NCBI GenBank assembly: GCA_965644315.1
Contig: CBFFRQ010000198.1
Span: 448-64,447 of the forward strand
Reading direction: 5' to 3'
DNA: 64,000 nt
Origin: Caecitellus pseudoparvulus
Taxonomy: Eukaryota > Protista > Bigyra: Bicosoecida
Below are positions 20,117 through 30,200 of the stretch, piece after piece; position 1 is the stretch's first letter; each line of letters begins with the position of its first letter. The notes below the pieces were generated by a model that was not told the DNA's origin, did no database searches, and saw only the letters and a program-made list of their open reading frames with translations. The position numbers were made by a program, and so were the translations under genes.

Positions 20117-20677
20117 GATATAATATAAATATATCTAAGAATGGTATTTATAAATAAAGTCTAAAAATATAGTATAAAAATATATCTGTTTTTAGTCGCA
20201 AACTGCGGCAGCAGTTGAGACATATCGCTCATAAATTCATTTATGGATTTATAGTCCCCCGTCGGAAACCGGCCCGGGATAATGGGGGAAGTTGAATTGT
20301 GAACTGATGGAATGTCTGAGTGGGTTGCGCTGGCTGCGCACCCCCCCCACGAGACCGAGCTCTGGCCCCCTCGCGGGCATGTGGACCTTTCTACCAAGGG
20401 GCGGGCGTTGAAACGCCCTAGCGAAGCGGCGGCTTATACAACGGACTCACGTCTGTGCTGGCTGCAGATCCATTAACATGGTAGCCGCTGTGGTGTACAT
20501 CGTGGCGCATTCGTGCGCGACGGTGAGCAGGACACCACGTGTGATGCCCCAGCTGCACCGCGCCTGTGGCAAGCGTGGAAGCGAATTGCAATGCATTGAA
20601 CTGTCTAACCCTTTTGTATTCCACAAACAAGCCATTGAACAGTGGATGTGGTTGAGACACGCAGCACAGCAAGCAAT

Positions 20678-20761
20678 CAAAAGGGTACAAATACGATCAA
20701 GCACACAGGTCTGCAACTTGCAGAGTATTCCTGTACACTGGATCCTATTTGTACCCTTTTG
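20678..20761. repeat. 84-bp near-perfect inverted repeat
   Basis: CAAAAGGGTACAAATA / TATTTGTACCCTTTTG perfect 16 bp; 27/32 matches over the full arms; inner palindrome TCTGCAA-C-TTGCAGA. Confidence 0.85.
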
Positions 20762-21220
20762 TCGGAGAGAACTAAATCTATATTCCATGTATCCATTATC
20801 TGCTTATCGAAGTATCTGGGCGGCTGCTCACGATTGCCGGGGATTGGCGGCGCTGCTCCTTCGTTGAGCGGAGGAGGTGCACCGGCGGGTGAAGCTTGTG
20901 AGAGAAATCCGACCTCGGCTGTCATAGGACCGCCTCGCCGCCAAGGAGCCTCGCCGGGTGCGCTGCTGCTCCACCATTTCTGCAGTGTCTGACATGTGCC
21001 CCATGGTCAGACGGCGTGTGCGCTGCAGAGGGTTCTCAACCTCTCCGCTGCCCCTGCCAAGGTCTGCCCTTTCGCTAAAGCTTGCACGCGGACAGGCAGC
21101 ATTGTGGGTCGAAGGTGTACCTGGTGCACCGGGCATTGAATGGCTGAGGTCTACAATGCCAGCTTGGGAGCTGCGCGCCGCTGCAGGAATCGGCAGGGCT
21201 GCTAGCTGGTCTGGTGCACT

Positions 21221-23248
21221 CTAGCGGCGGGCTGGAAGGTTGGGCGCCTGATTTGCTTGCCCCGCTAGTGGTTGCGAGGCGACCTGTGCCTCAGCGCCAG
21301 CTGCTTCATCGCTGCGTGCAGAGGTGGGCTTCAGTTTGCCTGCACGTAGTAGGTTGGCCACGTTGCCTGCACCTGCCTCGGTGATGGACAGCAATGCTGT
21401 CTTCTGCAAGTCCAACAATGATGTTGGCTGGGCTGGACGTGTACCTGATTCCGTCCTTGGCGTGTCTGTTGTCATGCCGCTCGTTGGCACTGCGTTGGGA
21501 GAGAATGCCACTGACACGAGGGCGGCTCCCCTTGGACCCAGTGCCTGTAGCACGGCATCAGCATCGCTACGTGAACTACAAGCTACACCTTGCCGCACCA
21601 TGTCACCGGGTAATAGCAGCACAGTGCTCAAGCTGGTGATGGTACAGAGCGCGGCTGGCTGGATGCGAGAACCCCTCACCAGTCGCTGTGCCAGGGCTGA
21701 CACAATGTCCACGAGCGTCGGCACTCGACTGCCCACAATCTGCCCCACAGTGCTGTCCCCTGCACTGTCTGTGCTGTCCAGCTCAGGCAGCAGGGCCCGG
21801 ATGCGGGCTCCGACACGAGCCAGCACTGCCCGTGCCGCTGAGCTGTACCCACGCACCATCACCAGCAGAATAGCAAGCAGAATGACGCCTTGTGAAATGA
21901 AAAGCAGAGCATCCGTGACTCCCCGCACTCCTGCGGGTGGGCGGAGGCTGTTCACGCCCACCAGCACCACCTCCAGCAGGATGCCGCCTTGGGCCATGAC
22001 ATCCAGGTCTGTCAGCTCCTCCAGACACCAGGGCCGCCGCCACCGCACGAGAAGCAAGCTGCCCAACACCACGCCACCCACCACACACAGACGCAGAATG
22101 ATGTCAGTGGTCAGCCATGTGACACATGCCACGACAGCGACAAGGGCGGTCTGCGTCGCGAGAAACGTGTGTGTGGGCAACAGCCAAGCGAAGCCCCAGC
22201 ATGCTGCCTGAGCTTGCTCAGCCTCAGTGACAGCGGCCTCCGCGATGGCACTGTTCTTATGGCCGCCTCCATGAGCCACAAGGTTCCGAGCTTGCACTGG
22301 CGTCATCTGGATGTTGTGGCTGTTTGACACGAAGCCACGCACGGAGGCGCCTCGCAATGCAGCGGTGCTCGCTCCTCGCCACTGCCGCCAAGCCATGAAG
22401 GCGACAAAACCCACACTGCCTGCCAGAATGTGCAGCACGAGGGGGAAGATGAATGGAGTAGTAGCCTCTGTGATACCACCTGGCGCGTTGGCATCGGCCA
22501 GTGCTTCGTGCTGAAGTCGCAAGTCAACCAACTCGGCGTGCAGCTGCAGCAGAGCTGGCAGCAGGCGGACGTACGCAGCTACTGGGAGCCACAGCAACAC
22601 ACTGCAACACACACCACGCGTTGTGCCAGCTGCAGGCTCGGTAAGACCCAGCGTCAGTGCGGATGCCAGGAGCAGGAAGGCACCCAGCGCCACCATGAAC
22701 AGGTTGCCGGCGTTGCCTGGACTGGATGGGTCGCCACCACCTGCAGCACACGCCACAGAAGGCAGGCTTGCCAAGTTGCTGGAGCCAGTGATGCCAGACA
22801 GCACAGCCATGCCACCTGCGCTAGCTGAGTCAGTGCCAGCATCGCGAGTATACAGCGTGCCGTTCAGATTTGAGGCGGGTTCGCCTGCCCACGGCATGGC
22901 CAGCTCACACGTACCTGCCCACTGATGCAGGGAGTGTGCTGACGCCTGGAGAGAGTCTGGGCCCGATGGGGCGAGGATCGCGATTTGCGCTGAAATGCCC
23001 ATGAACCACAGCATGATCCGCAGTCCGCCGAAGAACAGGCTGGTGGTGAGGTTTTCAGGAGACTTGGCATACTTGCGGAGAACAAACACTGCCAACGTCA
23101 TCGCCATGATGACCTGCAACACAGCAGAGCCAATGGCTGCACATGCTGACGATAATCTGGTGTCAGGATGCTGCTCACAAACTGAACAAGGGGGCGTGGC
23201 AGCCCAGTGCCTCCCTGATGTCCCCATCGGACGTGATCGTCCCTCCAA
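21221..23248 (-). CDS. Host multi-pass membrane protein (possibly 3' part or degenerate copy of a Cys-rich receptor-like gene)
   Basis: 675-aa ORF with many hydrophobic segments and a remnant CSVC motif at the start; true 5' end unclear. Confidence 0.5.
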   Translation of the reverse strand: MEGRSRPMGTSGRHWAATPPCSVCEQHPDTRLSSACAAIGSAVLQVIMAMTLAVFVLRKYAKSPENLTTSLFFGGLRIMLWFMGISAQIAILAPSGPDSLQASAHSLHQWAGTCELAMPWAGEPASNLNGTLYTRDAGTDSASAGGMAVLSGITGSSNLASLPSVACAAGGGDPSSPGNAGNLFMVALGAFLLLASALTLGLTEPAAGTTRGVCCSVLLWLPVAAYVRLLPALLQLHAELVDLRLQHEALADANAPGGITEATTPFIFPLVLHILAGSVGFVAFMAWRQWRGASTAALRGASVRGFVSNSHNIQMTPVQARNLVAHGGGHKNSAIAEAAVTEAEQAQAACWGFAWLLPTHTFLATQTALVAVVACVTWLTTDIILRLCVVGGVVLGSLLLVRWRRPWCLEELTDLDVMAQGGILLEVVLVGVNSLRPPAGVRGVTDALLFISQGVILLAILLVMVRGYSSAARAVLARVGARIRALLPELDSTDSAGDSTVGQIVGSRVPTLVDIVSALAQRLVRGSRIQPAALCTITSLSTVLLLPGDMVRQGVACSSRSDADAVLQALGPRGAALVSVAFSPNAVPTSGMTTDTPRTESGTRPAQPTSLLDLQKTALLSITEAGAGNVANLLRAGKLKPTSARSDEAAGAEAQVASQPLAGQANQAPNLPARR

Positions 23249-25199
23249 GCGCGGCTGTCTTGGCTGGCCCTGTGGGTGTTGCTGGGCTTGTTAATGGCGT
23301 GCTCTGCGCATTCCATGCCCCTAGGACTGCCTGGGACAGCTATCATGACCGTCCGTACAGTGCTGGGACGATCAAGACTGCCACCCCATCATGGAGAAGA
23401 GACGGTGACGGCGCTCTCACATAATGCGGCTGAGTTGGGCGTCGCTCCGTCACTGCTGGATGGAAAAGGTTCAGTGGACGCCGCAAAGAAAAGGGAAGCG
23501 ACTGACAAACGAGAAAAGATGTTCTACAGGTACATCGAGCTCTCTGAGGCCACGGATTACAAGGCAGGAACCCTGGCAGGCACGGCACACGCCGTCACAA
23601 AGGAAGACTGGGCCGCGCAGGTTGCCGCGAACACAGCCCTGGCCTGCTCTGCACACACCTTGCAGGTCCAATGGCAGTCTGTGGGAGTGACTCTTCTTCT
23701 CGGCGATGTATCCAGCCCACCACACTGCCAGGCCATGCCAGCGGAGCGAACCAGTCCCGCTTCGCCGCTTCCACATCCTGGGCTAGCTGAAGCGATACCC
23801 ACAGCAACACGGCCCAGCCGCACCACAAACAGCGTGACCAGAATGGACGTCGACAATACCCAGCCACGCGCTCCCCGAGCAGGCGTGCACCGAAAGATTC
23901 ACCAGCTCCACCTCAAGGTTGGCCGCCTCCGCCTCAGCTGCAAACGCCAGTGCCGCATGGGTCAAAGGCCCGGCCGGCCACATGCAACGTGCAGCGCAAC
24001 AGTACATAGGTGCAGAAGGGTGGGCTTTCTTATATGCCTCTCGTCAGTAAGGGGGCAACCAGCTGCAGCGCTGGGCGCTGGAGCAGGGCTGGCCTTGTGC
24101 TGGGTGGTGTGGAGGGAGTTTCATCCTGAGCGGCGGACAATCACAAGCCGCTTGTTGAAATGCCTGGAGCACGGTGGAGGCAGTACACATGCGACGAATA
24201 CGCTTCACATGTCTACGTCCACCTCGCCCTCCAGCACCGGGGAACTTCACCCTGCCATGAAGAGGCGGCCGGAATGCTCAGCTGCATGGCAGAGGTTGGT
24301 GTTGGCGGTGCGAAACGCGAAGCCACTCCGACACAGGGCGCTTCTGGCTGGACGAATGGTGCTGCTAGAAAGATTGGAAAACTGCATGTCGAAATGATTC
24401 CACTGGATACATGAAGCAGTGAAATGTGGCAAATCTTTCTGAACTGTCGCCGCAAGACGCCAACAACGTTGTGCCGGAGAGCTACGCAAAAGTCACAAGA
24501 GACTCACAAGGTACTGGATTTCGCAATACACTTCCATGTTTTTCATGCACTGCTCCCCACAGGCATGCACAGGCTGGACGTAGCGGACGGCAGTTGCCCT
24601 GTCCACGCCACAGCCCCCAAGCACCTCTACAGCGCCTGACGTGCATGTGCTGTGACCTCCACCGACACCAGTCGCTCGTCCAAGCGCACTGCCCACCAAG
24701 GCCTGCCTTTGCTCCCACAAGTATCATGACCACGACTGAGGCTGCAGGAAGCTGCTTGAAGATTGATCTCTCTCACGCCGTGTGCCTTAGCCTTGTTGTC
24801 TGCCCAGCAGCTGGCCGAGGGTGCCCTGTGTCGAGCGTGGGTGAGGTGATCAAGGAAGAATGCAGGCGCCCATGCAGGCTGTGGCAAGGCTTCGATATCG
24901 CAGCTCAAGCCACTTGACGCCCCAAATCACGCCCTCCTTGCAGCTTTTGGCCTGACCCCAGCCCCAAGCTTGCGAAGCCTGGCCCGTCCAGGTACAGCGG
25001 ATGGCAGCGAACGAAGCCAAGCCTCCACTGCAACCTGCGCCCATCATCCAGAGAAGCACCCCCACAAGTGCAGAGTGCACACCTATGCAGCAGCAACCCA
25101 CGGTCTGAACAGCTCCATCGGCGTTCGTCCGTGGCGAGTGCTCGTGTCGCCCCAGACAGCGTCCTTGACTGCCTCTGCCTCGTTGTCCCCTGTCGCAAG

Positions 25200-26480
25200 C
25201 CACGCCTGATGAGCAGCTGCTCGAGCTCCACCCAGACCCATGAGCTCCCTATAACCGCAGCAAGGACCTTCTCGTATGCTAGACGGAAGCCAGCTTCATG
25301 TCAGACGCACACTTCCACACTTCGACCATTACTCAAGGCAACAAGCTCCCGAACCACGCCCAAGTGGCCGATGGAGCTGGCCCAGACAAACCCGAAGTCA
25401 AGCCCGCCTGCATCCCCAATACTCGCATCCACAGTGAAAAGGCCTGCTTGAGACAACACCCCCTGCACAGCAGAAAAGCGCCACTCTGAAATGCCCATCG
25501 AGCGTCGAACTCTCTCCGAGCATGCACGCCGCGAGTCTGCTCGTCAGCCAGCCTAAGCTGCTCACGAAGGACGATCACATGGCCGCCATGGCACATCTTC
25601 ACAAGCCCGGCCCCAGATTCTTTCCCATTGCTTGCGTGCACGTCTACAGCTCGCCCCCTTCAAAGTGCGAGAAGCTCCCACAACACATCCACATGCCAGC
25701 CTGAAAGCAGCTCTTCACCTGGTTCCACCTCTCGCGTGTTCGTCAGCTGCCCGGCCACCATACAAGCTCAAAAGTGTCACCAACATCCCAGGTGTCCATG
25801 GTAGCATGCAAGTCGAATCCTGGCCTCAGGCCCATGGAGGCCTGCTGTGTGCACGTCCACAACCCGCTCTCCTCCCAAAAGCGAAAGTCTCTACTCTGCC
25901 CGCAGAAGTAACGCAGCTCTGCGCCCCTGCCGAGTGCTTGTGCCGTCCCACACGGCATCTTTGCCGGCCTGGACAACAGCCAGCCCGGCATCAAGCCTGT
26001 CCTGCAGTGGAATGATGCGGCTGCCAGTCAGCGCCAGCAGCTCTCGCGTGACACCCACATTGACACCTTGGAAGGCAAAGCAGAAGGCAACCCCATTGCC
26101 CGCGTTCACATCCACAGTCCGCTGCCCAGTCAGAGCCAAGAGCTCTCGCACGATTTCCTCATGGCCAAATGCGCACGCTTCGCAGAAGCCAGCCTCGGGC
26201 ACACCCCTTAGCCCGGCAGGTACTTCCACTGCCCGGCCACCCTCCAAGGTCAGGAGCTCGCGGACCACTCCCAAGTGACCGTTCTTGCACGCACCCCAGA
26301 ACCCTCCTTCGGGCCCAAGCTAGTCCCTTGCGTGCACATCCACGGCCCGCGGACCAGTCAGAACTACGAGTTCACGCACGATGTCGACGTGACCATGCCC
26401 ACATGCCTCCTGAAATCAGACCTTTCGCCCACCCAGGCCGCCAACATGCACATTCCTTGCACCTTCACCTGCCAGCGCCA
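25200..26480 (-). pseudogene. Degenerate ankyrin-repeat gene cluster
   Basis: Repeated A(C)..GH..VVRELL.L.G.R.V(D/E)V units in different frames; in-frame TAG at 26320-26322 upstream of ORF 25891..26274. Confidence 0.7.
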
Positions 26481-27240
26481 GGACGTCGCGGACTTCCTGC
26501 ACCCTTCTGACTCAACAAGCGGCCAGGCGTTTGGCTTCGCCTCTGCCACCTCCTTGTCCATCTCCCAGCATGAAAGGGCTGGTCAGGTCAAACGACATCA
26601 TTGTACCCGACGGAACGAAAGAGCCTACCCATCCGAACGGTGCTTGCCATCCCTCCTCTGGCGCTGTTCTGTGCGGCTGTCCATCCACCGTGGTCCAGCA
26701 AGCAGATTCCGCAACTCCGCATGCACTGCAGCTGTCCAGTGTGCGCTGCAAGCTTTACAACAGCAACCCGCCTACACTTGAGTATATTCACCCCACCCCT
26801 GTCATTGACTTCTGCGCCTGAGTGCAGGTGTGAATTGCATCGCGCCTCGTTTTTGCGCTGGCGCTGTCACTGCTTCGCCCAGCTGCTGGCCACGCCAAAC
26901 ACCCACAGCTGGCGCTCCACCCTTCCTGCAAGGCCTGGCGCAGCAGCACACCAGATCCCAACTTTCAATCAAAACTACTTCACCACCACAGGCCTTCGCC
27001 ATCCTGCACACCTGCTCAAGCTCCCCGCCAGACCGCGCAAGTGGCACACTCGAGCCACAGCAAGCAGCTTCGGAAACTCAGCAGTCTCAGTACGCCCACC
27101 CTGACCCCGTCCACACACAATGCGCCCAGCAGTCATCTGTGTTCAAGGTGCATTGCCTTCACACAGCTCACCAGGTGCACAACGTCAGCCTACCCGCACA
27201 CCAGCTTCGCACCATAGCCGCTGAGCAAACTCGACACATC

Positions 27241-30200
27241 TCAGTCTTTGGGCTGCAGGTTCTTAATGGCGTCAGTGATGCGCTGCTTGAGCGCAGTGGC
27301 CTTTTCCCTGAGCTGCTTCGCCACTTGGGAAGGGTCTGTTCCGGCAGCCAGGCCGAGGCCTCCGGCTAGCGGCATGGCGGAGTTGACCACTGCGCCAAAG
27401 GTGCTGCCGCCCGACATGGCCTGCACGCCCAGCAGGATGAAGACGAGCATGATGACGAGCAAGACCACAAGCACCATGAGGCTGTACAGCAAGACGTCCC
27501 ACGAGAGGCCCATGGCTGAGAGGGCTGCTTCGGTGATTTCCCGCAGCAGGATGTGTATGCCCGCCTTGAACTCCTGGCGGTCCAGCACGTTGTCGGACTC
27601 GATGACGTCCAGAGACGCGAAGATGCGCTTGGCCCGCTCGTTGGTCAGGGGCAGCGACGCATTGGCGGTGAAGTCCACGAACTCGTCGAAGGAGATGCCG
27701 CCGCCGTCTGTGTCAAAGGCGTCGTACAGCAGGTCGATGGCTTGGTCGGACAGGCGCCCGTTGACGAGGGGCAGGGCGGCGAACTTGTTGGCGAGCTTGG
27801 TCTTAGCGCCCGCCACGACGCTGTCCATGGCCGCCTTGGCCTTGTCCTTCGCAGCGTCCAGGGCCACCTTGGCCGCTGCAGTTGCCGCGGCGGTGGCGGC
27901 AGAGGCGGCTGCGCCGGGAGATGAGGTGTCTACTCCAGCCCGCTGCAGCTGCTCCACGAGGCCAGTGATGGTGTTGATGATGGTCTCCAGGCGGTCCTTG
28001 TTGAAGCCGCCGAACTGCAGGGCCAGCTTGCGCACGCCGGAGATGTCCCTGCGCGACAAGGACAGGATGGCGTCCACGATGGCCAGGGCGCCGTGCTGCT
28101 CCACCGGCACCACGCTCTCCAACAGCTGCATGATGTGCTCCTGCCGCTTCCCCAGCTCCTCTGCCACCGCCTTGCTCACTGCCAGCGCCTTCTTGGCAGA
28201 GCTGCCACTGGTGGAGCCCGCTGCAGACACAGCCGCCGCAGCCGCCGCGCCACTCTGCCCTGCCGTCTGTGCGCGGGACGCGACAGAGGCAGCTGAGCCA
28301 ATGACGGACTCAGCCTGTGATGCGGCGGCGTTGGAGACGTCTTCCAGGGCACGCAGACGGGCCTGCATGAGCGCGATGAAGTGCTGGATGACGCCGAGGG
28401 CAGCCACAAGCTTGGGCTCGTTCTGCACCAGCGCCTGCACGAAGACGGGGATGGTGGTGAGGAGCTCACCAGGGTTGCCGCGCAGGAGGATGCCGCCCAG
28501 CGTGACGGCCAGGAACTTGGGGTCACGCAGGCGCTTGGCGAAAATCTCGTCGCCACTGCCCTGCGACAGGAAGTCCGTCACCATGCCCAGGGATGCGAGG
28601 GCCCCCTGTGCCTGGGAAATGCCGCCTGAAATAGCCCCTGCCGCGCTGCCCACAGCCCCCAGAGCAGAGTCCCGCGCACCCATGATGTCTGCACTGAGCA
28701 GGGAGGATAAGTTGGCGCCGCCCACCATGCTGCTGGCGGCGTCCTGCGCCTGGCCCGCTGCTGCGCTGGCAGATGCGCTCAGCGCTGCCATGGGCGCTGC
28801 CACAGACGTCGCAATGCCATGTGAGACTTGTGACGCCGCGAACTTGACCACCGCCATGGAGGCCTGTGCAGCCTGCGACACCTGCCCCTTGCGGGACCGG
28901 GCCGCCTTCCCTGACGTGTCGCGCTGCAGAACCGCCTGCACCTTGTCCACTGGCCCAAGCAGGCCCATGGCAGACTCGATGGAGGACGGCGACACGCTCT
29001 GCAACAGCTTCACCTCCTCGAAGCTGGTCAGTCCAGGGGGCAGCTCTTGGCCACCATGGGACACGTCCCTGACGCGCTGCACGATGGCCTCGGCGGCCGG
29101 CTTGGGCAGGCGTCGCAGGAGGACGCGGATGAGGGAGTTCCGGATGCTTTCGTTGTGCAGCAGGGTGAGCTGCACGGTGTTTTGTGTCAGCATGACGCGG
29201 GGAATGCCAAGGATGCGGCAGAGGCCCGTCGCGACGTCGCCTTGCATGAGGGAGAAGAAGCCGATGAGGACACGGTCCACCTCTGGCAGGACAAAGGCCG
29301 GGTTGGCGCCCCACACAGCCCTGGACAACAAGCGCACAGAAGCGCCCTTCACGCCAAAGTACTTCTCCATCGTGCGGTTGGACATGCCCCGCAGGGACTG
29401 CAGCGGGTGCAAGCCCACCCCCACACTCCACCGCTGTGCCGCCTGCAGCACAGGCAGGACTTGGTCCAGCAACCAAGGCCGGCGGGTGGTCTCTTCGTCC
29501 CCGCGGTCGCCAGAGGATGCTGCCACAGCTGCAAGGGCAGGGCCGGCAGCCCGCGCCACGGGAAGAATGCGCAGCAGTTCTTCCGCAGGCGGCAGACGCC
29601 CTGTCACGAACTTCAGGATGGTGCTGAGCACGCGGGCCGTGGCACGCACAGGCTTGGCCTCGCCGCCAACGTCGTCGTCCTCCTCCCTGCAGAAGGGGAT
29701 GTTGCTGAAGCGCGCAGACTCCACACGCGTCAGCAGCTTCAGAGCCCTGTCCAGGTCAATGCAGGCGCTGTCACGCGTCAAGTCCAGTCCCGCCTCGGCG
29801 GAAGCTCGTGCAAGGTCGTCGCGGACAGCCAGAGACTTGACGGCTGCCGCGGCATCGTGGGAGGACAGCGTGCGCATCTCGTCTTCGTCGATCATCAGCT
29901 GCACCGTCGCAGAGCTGCTGCGAGCATCGCCCACCAGGCGGTGGAACTGGTTCGTGTGTTCCTCCTGCTTCTTGGCGAACTTGTCGCTCATCTCCGCCTC
30001 CACGAACTCGTCCAGGCGGTCTCGTTGCGAGTACAGATCAGACACGAACGCCATCTGCATGCGCATGGCATCGTGCACGGGCAGGTTGGCGCCGTTCACT
30101 GCCTCCACCATGTCCAGGCGCAGCTCCTCAGCCACGGCCTGGGACGTGAGCAACTCCCCGATGGGACGGTAACCTGCCATGGCCCGCGCATTCATGTGCT

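Larger units (their letters stand above)
1..20254. mobile_element. Endogenous (integrated) virophage, left end outside window; right boundary approximate
   Basis: Abrupt switch from AT-rich to GC-rich DNA near 20254. Contains the virophage core gene set (ATPase, Cys protease, penton, MCP), an rve integrase, a pPolB-like gene and an SF3 helicase. Flanked by intron-containing eukaryotic genes. TIR and TSD cannot be verified because the other end is missing. Confidence 0.93.

Noticed and set aside
1-20254. Classification as Polinton/Maverick, PLV or bacterial prophage
   Set aside because: MCP, penton, ATPase and protease motifs are virophage-type; no phage terminase or portal; flanks are eukaryotic.
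23276-24397. 373-aa + strand ORF
   Set aside because: Non-ATG start, no recognisable domain and mostly non-coding-like composition; cannot be supported.
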